Shown: piece after piece, positions 1 to 9,986 of the stretch
Layout: each line of letters opens with the position of its first letter
Position numbering within the stretch: the stretch's first letter is position 1
NCBI GenBank assembly: GCA_042584825.1
Contig: JBHOSK010000001.1
Span: 1,777 to 65,776, forward strand
DNA length: 64,000 nt
Reading direction: 5' to 3'
DNA from: Candidatus Aenigmatarchaeota archaeon
GTDB taxonomy: Archaea; Aenigmatarchaeota; Aenigmatarchaeia; GW2011-AR5
Notes under the pieces: model-generated
Seen by the model: the letters and a program-made list of their open reading frames with translations, nothing else
The model's database searches: none
What the model was told of the DNA's origin: nothing
Made by a program: the position numbers and the translations under genes

Positions 1-8
1 CAGCAAAA

Positions 9-1409
9 ATGATGGTAGAAATTGCAAAAACACAAGAAGATGAAGTAGGAGATGGTACAACAACAGCAGTTATTATAGCAGGCGAAATTCTAAAAAAAGC
101 AGAAAATCTTATGGAACAAAACATACATCCTACAATGATTATTCGTGGTTTTAGAGTAGGAAAAACGCAAGCACTTTCTTTCTTAGAAGAATTATCAGAA
201 AAAGTCGACATAAATAGCAGAGAAACACTAGAAAAAATAGCAATGACAGCAATGACAGGAAAAGGAAGTGAAGCAGCAATGGAATCTTTAGGAAAAATTG
301 CTGTTGAAGCAATACAGACAATTTCAGAAAAAGATGAAAATGGTATTACTGTAGATAAAGATAGTATAAAAATTGAAAAGAAACAAGGCGGTAGCATAAA
401 TGATACAGAACTAATAAAAGGTATTGTAATAGATAAAGAAGTTATCCATCCAAGCATGCCAAAGAAAGTAAAGAGCGCAAAAATAGCATTGCTCGATGCT
501 GCTATGGAAATAAAGGAAACAGAAACAAACGCAGAAATAAGAATAACAGATCCAAACCAATTACAGGCATTTGTTGAACAAGAAAGTAAAATGATAAAAA
601 AAATGGTACAAAAAGTAATAGATTCTGGTGCTAATGTTGTTTTCTGTCAAAAAGGTGTTGATGATTTAGCACAACACTACCTTGCAAAACAAAAAATAGC
701 TGTTGCAAGAAGAGTAAAGAAAAGTGATATGGAAAAACTTGCAAAAGCAACCGGAGCAAGAATAATATCAAGTATAGAAGAACTTGAAAAAGACGATCTT
801 GGATTTGCAGGATTAGTAGAAGAAAAGAAAATAGCAGGCGAAGAAATGATCTTTGTTGAAGAATGCAAGGATCCAAAAGCCGTTTCAATTCTAGTTCGTG
901 GTGGAACAGAACACGTTGTAGACGAAGCAAAAAGAGCAATGGACGACGCGGTTCTTGGAATAGTAGCAGCACTGGAAACAGGAAAAGTTGTCTACGGTGG
1001 TGGCGCTATTGAAATCGAACTATCAAGAAGATTGAAAAAATTCGCAGAAACAGTCGGTGGCCGCGAACAACTTGCTATTAACGCATTAGCAGAAGCAATT
1101 GAAATCGTACCAAGAACACTTGCAGAATCAACAGGAAAAGATCCAATTGACATTCTAGTTGAGTTAAGAACATCACACGAAAAAGGTGACGCTGGCCATG
1201 GTATAGATGTTATAAATTCAAAAATATCAGACATGAAAACTCTTGGTGTTGTAGAACCACTTAAAATTAAAACACAGGCAATAAAATCAGCTTCAGAAGC
1301 AGCTGAAATGATTCTGAGAATTGATGATGTTATAACATCAAGATCTGGTGGTGCACCAGCAATGCCTCCAGGAATGGGCGGCATGGGCGGAATGCCTGGA
1401 ATGGAGTAA
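9..1409 (+). CDS. ths: Thermosome (group II chaperonin) subunit, N-terminally truncated by the window edge
   Basis: Equatorial/apical chaperonin motifs (GDGTTT, VRGGTEHVVDE) and the C-terminal GGMGGMPGM tail typical of thermosomes. Confidence 0.9.
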   Translation: MMVEIAKTQEDEVGDGTTTAVIIAGEILKKAENLMEQNIHPTMIIRGFRVGKTQALSFLEELSEKVDINSRETLEKIAMTAMTGKGSEAAMESLGKIAVEAIQTISEKDENGITVDKDSIKIEKKQGGSINDTELIKGIVIDKEVIHPSMPKKVKSAKIALLDAAMEIKETETNAEIRITDPNQLQAFVEQESKMIKKMVQKVIDSGANVVFCQKGVDDLAQHYLAKQKIAVARRVKKSDMEKLAKATGARIISSIEELEKDDLGFAGLVEEKKIAGEEMIFVEECKDPKAVSILVRGGTEHVVDEAKRAMDDAVLGIVAALETGKVVYGGGAIEIELSRRLKKFAETVGGREQLAINALAEAIEIVPRTLAESTGKDPIDILVELRTSHEKGDAGHGIDVINSKISDMKTLGVVEPLKIKTQAIKSASEAAEMILRIDDVITSRSGGAPAMPPGMGGMGGMPGME

Positions 1410-1508
1410 GTTTTTCTTATTTTTTATTCCTCTTTCTTTTTTATTTAATTTCAAAAAAACCTATTTATACTGTAATGAAAATATAATTTATATACAGGTG
1501 TTATTCGC

Positions 1509-1913
1509 ATGGAAGATGAGTATGAACTTATTCCTTTGAGTCCAATTAGGAGACTAGAAAAAAGGCTTCAAAAGGTAGAAAAGAACGCAACCACAGGGGA
1601 AGTACTAGGAGAATTAATGGATATTATAAAAACAAACCAGCAAGTAGTTGATCATATGGCAAAAACAAACTCGATGCTCATAAACAGAATTACAGATTTA
1701 TCAAATGTAGTGGAAAAAATGATCACAAAGGTTGATGATTTTATTGAAAGAATTGAAACAGGCGAATCAGAAGAAGAGGAAAAGAAATCATCAGAAGAGG
1801 AAAACAAATTGAATGAAAGATTAGCTAAACTCGAAAAAAGATTAAATTCAACGCTTCTGACACAAATGGCAAAGACAGGAGCAGTTCCTAGAAGACCAAC
1901 CCCAATAGTATAG
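1509..1913 (+). CDS. Hypothetical coiled-coil protein with acidic C-terminus, first gene of the pilus-like locus
   Basis: Heptad-like KLEKRLxK repeats and a Glu-rich stretch; no recognisable family. Confidence 0.35.
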   Translation: MEDEYELIPLSPIRRLEKRLQKVEKNATTGEVLGELMDIIKTNQQVVDHMAKTNSMLINRITDLSNVVEKMITKVDDFIERIETGESEEEEKKSSEEENKLNERLAKLEKRLNSTLLTQMAKTGAVPRRPTPIV

Positions 1914-1940
1914 TTGTTTTATTTTTTAATTATTGTTTAA

Positions 1941-2531
1941 ATGTTGATGAAAATGAAAGGCCAACAAGATGTATTGTCGACAATTCTAATTTCAGGTATA
2001 CTTATAGCAGTAGTCGGATCAGTGTATTTCTGGGGAGTACCCCTTATAGAGAAGAATCAAGACATATCGATACTACAAAACTCAGAAGATTTTATGAATA
2101 GTTTAAATTCTAAAATAAAGTTTATTGCCAACAATGGTGGAAAAGACCAACTAAGAATAACTATACCAGGAACGCTAGAGATATCTGGTGAAGAAATACA
2201 AATGACCGTGGACACAAAAGGAACAATATACGCAGCTGAAGCCGAAATTCCTTTAGGAAGAAATGAATGTCCTAGAGTAGATGGGGTATGGGGATTACAC
2301 GAATCCCATGTATTTTGCGTAAAAAGCAATAAAATAGATGACACCAAAATAACAACAACATATTCTTTGAAATACATCGAACTCGATGCACCCGATTCTG
2401 GAAAAAAATACAAAATAGAAGCTACCGGAGAGTCTATTGGTAGTACAGAGAGAACAGTTGTTATAGAAAATCTGGGAATTTTTGAAGAAAGTGGGATAAC
2501 AAAAACAAGATTAAGATTAGATATAGTATAG
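1941..2531 (+). CDS. Archaeal type IV pilin-like protein (class III signal peptide)
   Basis: N-terminus MLMKMKG|QQDVLSTILISGILIAVVGSVYFW: short basic stretch, Gly at -1, then a ~20-aa hydrophobic helix, as in prepilin peptidase substrates. Confidence 0.5.
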   Translation: MLMKMKGQQDVLSTILISGILIAVVGSVYFWGVPLIEKNQDISILQNSEDFMNSLNSKIKFIANNGGKDQLRITIPGTLEISGEEIQMTVDTKGTIYAAEAEIPLGRNECPRVDGVWGLHESHVFCVKSNKIDDTKITTTYSLKYIELDAPDSGKKYKIEATGESIGSTERTVVIENLGIFEESGITKTRLRLDIV

Positions 2532-2566
2532 AAAATTTATTAATTCTAGAAAACAAATTAAATATA

Positions 2567-2995
2567 ATGAAAGGACAGCATAGAATAATAAGAGAGATTT
2601 TTTTATTCGCTATAGGTGTCGCAATAACGAGCTTTATTGTACTTTCTTTCAACAATGTTCAATATGCTACAAATAAACTAGCAATGAACGATCAGATGAC
2701 CTCTGTTTCCAATCTTGTAACATCAGGAATAATAAAAGCCACAGAATCTGAAGAATCCATAATTAGGATAGAAATACCAGAAAAAATGTCAGGAGAAACT
2801 TATATAATAAATATTGATGGTAATGATGGCGAAATTATAGTATCACTTTTTGATGATCCGAGTATAAATTTGACAAAAAAAATCTTTAATATTAATCAAG
2901 ACTATTTTATGACAGGTAACGTAATAAGTACAGCCAGATTTTTTGAAATAACTAGAGAAGGGAATAACATAAAAATAAAGAGGTCTGTGATATGA
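2567..2995 (+). CDS. Archaeal type IV pilin-like protein (class III signal peptide)
   Basis: N-terminus MKG|QHRIIREIFLFAIGVAITSFIVL follows the prepilin pattern. Confidence 0.5.
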   Translation: MKGQHRIIREIFLFAIGVAITSFIVLSFNNVQYATNKLAMNDQMTSVSNLVTSGIIKATESEESIIRIEIPEKMSGETYIINIDGNDGEIIVSLFDDPSINLTKKIFNINQDYFMTGNVISTARFFEITREGNNIKIKRSVI

Positions 2996-4803
2996 AGTTT
3001 AAATTTAAAACAGGAAAAGGATCCATACATCTTAATCTGAAAGAAAAGAAAGAGGAAAAGAAAGACGATATAAATATAGGACATTTTGCAACACCCATTG
3101 CAGGATCAAAAGGTGGGCTTAATATACCAGGCTTACAGTCAACAATAGGCGGGGTATCATTTGGTGGCGGTGGTGAAACACCGAGCTTTGAGGACTCAAA
3201 GGAGCTTACAATAAAAGGAATAGGGTTACCCGACTTTAAATCAGATGTCGAATCAGAACTAATAGAAAAAGAATTCAAGTTAACAGAAGAAGAAACTACA
3301 GGAGAATTGAAAACAATAAACATAAAATACCCACTTATTCCTAAAAATCCTAAACAGGGTGAAACAGTGTACGCATACACCCATATTTTTTGGGATGATC
3401 AATTACGTGAACTTGTTTATCATCTAATAGAACCAAAAATAGATGAAAGTGTTAGTGAAAAAATAATGGATATTAAAAATTATATTGAAGAAAAAATAGA
3501 TATCGATTTTTCATCTGTAAGAAAAAAAGAAGCAGTTGAATATTTGGAAAAAATATTCAAAAAATCAGTTGAATATTTCGGTATAAGAAAAGATCAATAT
3601 GATATATTAAAATATTTCATATTCAGGGATTTCATAGGTTTAGAAAAAATAGAGCCAATGCTCAATGACAGATATATAGAAGATATATCTTGTGATGGAA
3701 TAAATATACCAATATACGTTTATCATAGAGATCCTAAAATAGGTTCTATAAGAACAAACATAAGTTTTGATTCTGGAGATGAAGTAGATTCTTTTGTAAA
3801 CAAACTTGCAGAGAGAACAGGAAAAGTTATATCTGTAGCAAAACCACTATTAGACGGAACACTTCCTGATGGGTCCAGGGTACAAGCAACACTAGGAAGT
3901 GATATAGCTCGTCAAGGATCAAATTTTACAATTAGAATGTTTACAGAGAGACCGATGACACCAACAGATATGATATTGTTTAACACATGTAACATAAAAA
4001 CAATGGCCTATCTTTGGTTTTTAATCGAACACGGCGCAAGCATATTAATTTCTGGTGGAACCGCAACAGGAAAAACAACACTATTGAATGTGCTATCACT
4101 ATTCATTAAACCACAAATGAAAATTGTAAGCATTGAAGATACAGCAGAACTAAGATTACCACACTCACACTGGATTCCTGAGGTTGCAAGATCAGCTGTA
4201 TCTGATGAGACTGGAAAAGGGAATGTTGACATGTTCGACTTACTTCGTGAATCACTAAGACAAAGACCCGATCATATCATTGTAGGAGAAGTACGAGGTA
4301 AAGAAGCATATGTTCTATTCCAACAGATGGCTGTAGGTCATCCAGGAATATCTACAATACACGCCGAAAGCTTCCCTAAATTAATTGATAGATTAACCAC
4401 ACAGCCAATAAATCTTACAGCAAGCCTTATTCAGAATCTTGATATAATTATTTTTACAAAAAGAATAAAGAAAGGTAACAAATATGTGAGAAGAATAAAC
4501 AATATTCTCGAGGTTCTTGGTTATGATAGAAAGACAAAATATCCTAAAGTTAACCAACTATTTAAATGGAGCCCAAAAACAGATTCAATTGACGCTGTAG
4601 GTAATAGCGTTCTTATGAAAAAAGTGTCAGAACTATTAAACAAAAATGATAACGAAATAAAAGAAGAAATAATAAAAAGATCAAAAGTTCTCGAATGGAT
4701 GGTAGCGAACAATGTTAGAGATTATGTGAAAATAGGTAAAATATTAAACATGTTTTATAACTCATCCGAGATGTTGATGGAGAGAATAGAGGCTAGTGTA
4801 TGA
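2992..4803 (+). CDS. Type II/IV secretion ATPase of the FlaI/ArlI/PilB family, with a ~100-aa Gly-rich N-terminal extension
   Basis: Walker A GGTATGKTTLLN, Asp/His boxes (IEDTAELRL ... VGEVRGKEA) typical of archaeal FlaI/VirB11-like ATPases; stop overlaps the next gene. Confidence 0.85.
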   Translation: MKFKFKTGKGSIHLNLKEKKEEKKDDINIGHFATPIAGSKGGLNIPGLQSTIGGVSFGGGGETPSFEDSKELTIKGIGLPDFKSDVESELIEKEFKLTEEETTGELKTINIKYPLIPKNPKQGETVYAYTHIFWDDQLRELVYHLIEPKIDESVSEKIMDIKNYIEEKIDIDFSSVRKKEAVEYLEKIFKKSVEYFGIRKDQYDILKYFIFRDFIGLEKIEPMLNDRYIEDISCDGINIPIYVYHRDPKIGSIRTNISFDSGDEVDSFVNKLAERTGKVISVAKPLLDGTLPDGSRVQATLGSDIARQGSNFTIRMFTERPMTPTDMILFNTCNIKTMAYLWFLIEHGASILISGGTATGKTTLLNVLSLFIKPQMKIVSIEDTAELRLPHSHWIPEVARSAVSDETGKGNVDMFDLLRESLRQRPDHIIVGEVRGKEAYVLFQQMAVGHPGISTIHAESFPKLIDRLTTQPINLTASLIQNLDIIIFTKRIKKGNKYVRRINNILEVLGYDRKTKYPKVNQLFKWSPKTDSIDAVGNSVLMKKVSELLNKNDNEIKEEIIKRSKVLEWMVANNVRDYVKIGKILNMFYNSSEMLMERIEASV

Positions 4804-5657
4804 GCTATGCAGCCTTTGCGGCCGGGATTTTTGGAAAATTTACAAAAAATCTTAGTATACACTTTCTAGATATAAGAGAAGATTTGCATAGAGCAAACAT
4901 GAACTATACGATAGATGAATATCTATCTATGGCAATTTTAACAACAGTAATTACATATATTTCTGAAATGTTTCTATTATCATTCATATTCGCTTTATTT
5001 ATTGATCCTATTTTAGCAGTGCCTCTATCATTTACATTATCTATGGGATTAAGCTCATTCATATTCTTTTTGTTTTATTCATATCCAGCAACACTATCCA
5101 GAAACAGAAGCAATAAAATTAAAAAAGTACTGCCTTTTGCAATATCATATTTAGGCTCATTGGCAAGTTCCAAACTACCACCAATAACAATGTTTAAAAC
5201 ACTGGCAACATTCAAAGAATATGGAGAAATAGCAAAAGAAGCCGACACAATTGTAAGAAATGTAGAATTATTTGGAATGAGTTTTTCTAACGCACTGAAA
5301 AGACAGGCAAAAAGGACACCATCAGCAGAATTCAGCGATTTTCTTTGGGGATTGAATACAATATCAACATCGGGTGGTAGTATGGTAACATACCTATCCC
5401 AGAAATCAAACGAAATGATGAATGATTATAAAAGACGAATTAGAAAATATTCACAAGATCTTTCACTTTACGTCGAAATATATCTTACCCTGGTAATAAC
5501 AGGATCAATATTTTTCATAGTTTTATCATCAGTAATAACAACACTATCAGGAGGTACAGGTACAATTGCACTTCAAACATTCGTGGTTTTCCTTCTATTA
5601 CCACTGTTATCAATAGGCTTTATTGTGTTAATAAAATCAGCCTCACCAACCGAATAA
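4800..5657 (+). CDS. FlaJ/TadC-like polytopic membrane platform protein, first half (one GspF-like domain)
   Basis: Multiple TM helices flanking a cytoplasmic GspF-like segment (ISYLGSLASSKLPP...MFKTLATF...); overlaps the ATPase stop codon. Confidence 0.65.
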   Translation: MSYAAFAAGIFGKFTKNLSIHFLDIREDLHRANMNYTIDEYLSMAILTTVITYISEMFLLSFIFALFIDPILAVPLSFTLSMGLSSFIFFLFYSYPATLSRNRSNKIKKVLPFAISYLGSLASSKLPPITMFKTLATFKEYGEIAKEADTIVRNVELFGMSFSNALKRQAKRTPSAEFSDFLWGLNTISTSGGSMVTYLSQKSNEMMNDYKRRIRKYSQDLSLYVEIYLTLVITGSIFFIVLSSVITTLSGGTGTIALQTFVVFLLLPLLSIGFIVLIKSASPTE

Positions 5658-5720
5658 CTCGTGTTCTTAGGAAATTACACAAAAGGTAAACTTTTTTATT
5701 AGGTAAAACAAGGTAGTTAT

Positions 5721-6659
5721 ATGAATGAACGCAAAGTTTTAGTTATATCTGCAATCATATTTGCAATATTACTGGTATCGGCATTTATTTTCATGGATAA
5801 TTTAGCAATATCTACTAATTTACTTATCGCAGGAGTTATGGTGTTGATATTCCCTTATTATATATTCAAATTTTTCCAATACAAAAGACTGAAAGCATAT
5901 GAAAAACATTTTCCAAATTTTCTAAGAGATCTCGCAGAATCACAACGAGCAGGACTGACAATATTACAGGCTATAAAAAATTCAGCAAAATCAGATTATG
6001 GTTCACTTACAGACGAAGTTAGAAAATTACATCATCAAGTAAGTTGGAACATACCTCTTGATAAAGCGATAAGCAACATCATGAATAGGATGAAAGGAAG
6101 TCGAACGATTAGAAGAGCATTTATGATAATATCCCAAGCACAAAGATCAGGAGGAAACATAGAAAATACAATGGACGCATTAGCTAACAATATAGAGAAT
6201 ATACGAGAAGTTCAGGAAGAAAAAGCAACACTACTAAATCAACAAGTAATAATGATGTATGCAATATTTTTCATATTTCTTGGAATAAGTATGGCACTGA
6301 TTAAGTTTATGATACCTCTTTTACAAACACAAGTTGAAACACAATCATCAGCATTCGGTATTGGAGATTTCCAGGCAAATCCATGTTTACCTTGTTTAGA
6401 AACACAAAACTTTGCTTGTATAGGGTGTAATGTATTTTTTGGTGTATCAAACGCATTTGATTTTGGATCAGTCGATGACCCCGCGGCGTACTATAGGTCG
6501 TTATTCTTCACTATGGTAATAGTACAGGGGTTCTTTTCGGGGCTTATTGCTGGACAAATTGGTTCAGATTCTGTATTAGCTGGTGTAAGACACTCCCTAA
6601 TAATGCTAGTAGTAGGGTTTTTCTCGTTTATCATAACAACGAGGATAGGAATAATATAG
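5721..6659 (+). CDS. FlaJ/TadC-like polytopic membrane platform protein, second half (second GspF-like domain)
   Basis: Cytoplasmic FPNFLRDLAESQRAGLTILQAI...segment between TM helices; Cys-rich loop ANPCLPCLETQNFACIGC. Confidence 0.65.
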   Translation: MNERKVLVISAIIFAILLVSAFIFMDNLAISTNLLIAGVMVLIFPYYIFKFFQYKRLKAYEKHFPNFLRDLAESQRAGLTILQAIKNSAKSDYGSLTDEVRKLHHQVSWNIPLDKAISNIMNRMKGSRTIRRAFMIISQAQRSGGNIENTMDALANNIENIREVQEEKATLLNQQVIMMYAIFFIFLGISMALIKFMIPLLQTQVETQSSAFGIGDFQANPCLPCLETQNFACIGCNVFFGVSNAFDFGSVDDPAAYYRSLFFTMVIVQGFFSGLIAGQIGSDSVLAGVRHSLIMLVVGFFSFIITTRIGII

Positions 6660-6674
6660 AAGTTTTCTGTAAGT

Positions 6675-7175
6675 GTGATCAATATGAGTAAAAAAGGTAT
6701 AACAAATTTTGAATTTGTATTAGCACTCTTCGTATTTTTGAGTACAGTATCCTTTGTCGCAATTACAATAATAAACAAAGTTCCTAATATTCACATGGAT
6801 GCTGTTGGTGATGAAATAAAAACCTCATCATACTACATTTCACAAATGCTTATGTTTGATGAAGGACTTCCAGTGGACTGGGAAACCCTACCAGATCCAG
6901 AAAATATACAAAGGTTTGGATTTTCTTCAGGAAATTATTATGAAATAGATACCAACAAACTAGCGGCGTTTCAGGCCCTGTGCCTTACAGAAACAGGAAG
7001 AACCAAAATAATCGAAGAATTAGGATACATGATAATAAACATTTCAGAAACAGACGGTACAACAAGACTTTATTGTGATGTTGGTAGTCCAATTTTGGAT
7101 TTCAATTTACAGAGACACGCATTCCTACCAGCACCCGACAATGAAGTTATAAATATAAATATAGCAGCGGGATGA
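6675..7175 (+). CDS. Archaeal type IV pilin-like protein (class III signal peptide)
   Basis: N-terminus MINMSKKG|ITNFEFVLALFVFLSTVSFVAI with Glu at +5. Confidence 0.5.
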   Translation: MINMSKKGITNFEFVLALFVFLSTVSFVAITIINKVPNIHMDAVGDEIKTSSYYISQMLMFDEGLPVDWETLPDPENIQRFGFSSGNYYEIDTNKLAAFQALCLTETGRTKIIEELGYMIINISETDGTTRLYCDVGSPILDFNLQRHAFLPAPDNEVININIAAG

Positions 7176-8284
7176 TTATGAAAGGTATAATAAGAATATT
7201 CGAAGCAATAATAGCTTCTGTAATTTTACTGACAACAATGTCGTTTTTCTTTACGTCACAATTTCTACCAGAGACTGAAGATTATTTTCTTCCAGTAGAA
7301 GCACACGATCTTATGGGAGCGCTTTACGTTAGTCAACAACTGGAAAATTATTTAATCAATAACGATAAGGAATCCTTAATGCTCGTTGCAAATGATACGT
7401 TACCACCAACAACGGGATTTTCCTTTGGCATTTCAGGAACACCCGGAAACAACATATATGTAGCATGCAACTGCACCGATACAGAATTAGTTGATGTAAG
7501 AAGGATGCTAAATATTACATTAACATCACCATGGACTTTTAATTTTATATACAAAGAAAGAGACATAACAATACACCTAGAACAAATTGATATGGAAGAT
7601 TCAATACCAGATCAAACCAACATAATAATTTTCTACACCTACCAGGATTTGTCACCATACAGAGATATAATAGATACATTTCTAGAATCTGGTGGCAGCC
7701 TAATTATGATATCTAATCTAGATCAGACCCAAACTGAAAACGAAGTTATGAATGAAATATTTGGTTTAGAATGGAATAATTTGCCGCCTGCTTCACCAGG
7801 AACCTTTTATGAAATAGATGATCCTGTAAATACATCGTTTAAAATATACAGTTATTTCACAGGAACCACCCAAGACTATGAAGATATTTTAATTGAAGGA
7901 ACTTTTGAAAATAATATTTTTGATGAACTTTCTAGAGTATCAGTTAACAATAGAACAATAATTCAAGACAATAATGGTGACAATTCATTCGTAAAGATAA
8001 AAGACAATATCGCAGACAACGGAAAAGGAAAATCTGTTTGGTTAGCAGAATATACCATATACCAAGAAGATGATTTACCCAACATAAATAAAACATACCA
8101 CGTAAACGATATGCTTAGAGCTACGATAATGTGGGCTTCTAGTGATTATTATAATATGGATTATCCAGTTGAGAAACCAACACCAGACAAAAAAATAAAA
8201 ACAAGCGTTTTAAGTGCTGGCCACGGCACCAATTTTGATCCATTTGAAGCATTTTTAACAACGTGGAGAATATTCTTCTTCTAG
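7172..8284 (+). CDS. Large pilin-like / pilus-associated protein (class III signal peptide)
   Basis: N-terminus MIMKG|IIRIFEAIIASVILLTTMSFFF; long Asn/Thr-rich extracellular region; start overlaps the previous gene. Confidence 0.45.
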   Translation: MIMKGIIRIFEAIIASVILLTTMSFFFTSQFLPETEDYFLPVEAHDLMGALYVSQQLENYLINNDKESLMLVANDTLPPTTGFSFGISGTPGNNIYVACNCTDTELVDVRRMLNITLTSPWTFNFIYKERDITIHLEQIDMEDSIPDQTNIIIFYTYQDLSPYRDIIDTFLESGGSLIMISNLDQTQTENEVMNEIFGLEWNNLPPASPGTFYEIDDPVNTSFKIYSYFTGTTQDYEDILIEGTFENNIFDELSRVSVNNRTIIQDNNGDNSFVKIKDNIADNGKGKSVWLAEYTIYQEDDLPNINKTYHVNDMLRATIMWASSDYYNMDYPVEKPTPDKKIKTSVLSAGHGTNFDPFEAFLTTWRIFFF

Positions 8285-8363
8285 GTTTATTATATTCCAA
8301 AAGGATACAATATATATATAAATAGAAAGAATGATATATTCTGTGTAACTTTTCGTATTAAAA

Positions 8364-9986
8364 TTGGTGATATTGTTGATTAAAAAAACAGCTGAAGATT
8401 TTGCAAAAGAACAAAAGGAAATAAGTGTCAGTGAATTTTTTGAAAAAAATAAGCATCTTTTAGGATTTGATAATCCTACTAAGGCATTATTGATGGCAGT
8501 AAAAGAAGCTGTAGATAATTCACTTGACGCAACAGAAGAAGCCGGTATCCTACCTGATATTGGTGTAAGGATAAAACAAACAGGTGAAGACAAACACAGA
8601 GTAAGTATCCAAGACAACGGACCGGGTATTGTGAAACAACACATACCAAACATATTTGGTAAACTATTATACGGAAGTAAATTTCATCGTTTAAGACAAT
8701 CAAGGGGTCAACAAGGTATAGGTATAAGTGCAGTTCTACTATACTCCCAATTAACTACAGGAAAATCAACCAAGGTTTGGTCAAGAATAGGAAAAGACAA
8801 ACCAATGAATTATTACGAACTTTTAATGAACACAATGAAAAATGAACCACAGATTATTAAAGAAGAACTGGTTGATAATGGTTTTGAAAACGGCACAAAA
8901 GTCCAATTAGAACTATTAGGAAGATATAGAAAAACGCAAAGTGTTGGTGATTATATAAAACAAACATCAATTGCAAACCCCTTTGCAAAAATTTCATATA
9001 CTGGTCCCGATGGAGTAAGAAAAACGTTCCCAAGAAGTGTTAATGAATTGCCAACCCCACCAAGAGAAATAAAAATACATCCGTATGGTGTTGAGTTTGG
9101 AGTTCTATTAAGAATGCTAGGTAGAACAAAAACAAAAACAATACAGGCTTTCTTGACAAATGAATTTTCATCAATAGGTGCAACATCAGCAAAAGAAATA
9201 TGTAAAGTAGCAAAACTTAAACCGAACGAAAAACCAGGATCATTAGAAAGAGAATCTATAGAAAAACTAATAAGAGGAATGCAGAAAGTAAAAGTTCAGC
9301 GTCCTCCTTTAGATTGTTTATCTCCTATTGGAGATATAGAATTTGAAAAAAGTTTAAGAAAAGAATATCCAGATGCAGAATTTATAGCAACCGGTGTTCG
9401 TGAACCAAGTGTTTACAAAGGAAACCCATTCCAAATAGAAGTTGGAATTGTTTATGGTAAGAAGCAGGATAAAATAGACGACGATGATGAAGATGTAATA
9501 GAAGATAGAAATCAGATAAAGATAATGCGATTTGCAAACAGAGTACCACTGCTTTATCAAGCAGGTGCGTGTGCAACCATCGAATCAATTAAAACAACGG
9601 CGTGGAAAAGATACGGTCTCACACAATCAGGAAATAACATACCATATGGACCAATGATATTGGTTATTCACATGTGTTCTGTTTGGGTACCATTTATATC
9701 AGAAAGTAAAGAAGCAATTGCACCATATCCTGAAATTGTTAAGGAGATGAGATTAGCTATTCAAGACACGGGAAGAAAACTGTCTCGTTATTTATCTGGT
9801 AAACGTCGTGCAGGCGAACAACAAAGAAGAATACAAATATTCGAAAGATATTCTTCAGAAGTTGCAACTGCAGTATCAGTTTTGACAGAAAAAGACAAAA
9901 AAATGATAGAAAAGAAAATGCAAGATTTAGTTAAAAGTAGATCAAAATCAAAAGAAACAGGTGAAAAAAATGAAAACCAAGAGTGA
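8364..9986 (+). CDS. top6B: DNA topoisomerase VI subunit B
   Basis: GHKL ATPase motifs (EAVDNSLDA, IQDNGPGI), H2TH and transducer regions; precedes and overlaps top6A. Confidence 0.9.
   Translation: MVILLIKKTAEDFAKEQKEISVSEFFEKNKHLLGFDNPTKALLMAVKEAVDNSLDATEEAGILPDIGVRIKQTGEDKHRVSIQDNGPGIVKQHIPNIFGKLLYGSKFHRLRQSRGQQGIGISAVLLYSQLTTGKSTKVWSRIGKDKPMNYYELLMNTMKNEPQIIKEELVDNGFENGTKVQLELLGRYRKTQSVGDYIKQTSIANPFAKISYTGPDGVRKTFPRSVNELPTPPREIKIHPYGVEFGVLLRMLGRTKTKTIQAFLTNEFSSIGATSAKEICKVAKLKPNEKPGSLERESIEKLIRGMQKVKVQRPPLDCLSPIGDIEFEKSLRKEYPDAEFIATGVREPSVYKGNPFQIEVGIVYGKKQDKIDDDDEDVIEDRNQIKIMRFANRVPLLYQAGACATIESIKTTAWKRYGLTQSGNNIPYGPMILVIHMCSVWVPFISESKEAIAPYPEIVKEMRLAIQDTGRKLSRYLSGKRRAGEQQRRIQIFERYSSEVATAVSVLTEKDKKMIEKKMQDLVKSRSKSKETGEKNENQE

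Noticed and set aside
631-1384. Antisense ORFs within the thermosome gene (631..972, 677..868, 992..1384)
   Set aside because: Low-complexity Leu/Phe/Ser-rich translations typical of antisense frames of AT-rich genes; the sense strand encodes a well-conserved protein. The same applies to 29471..30325, 31137..31544, 31303..31620, 38320..38685, 56259..56669, 17043..17486, 32540..32980 and similar entries.
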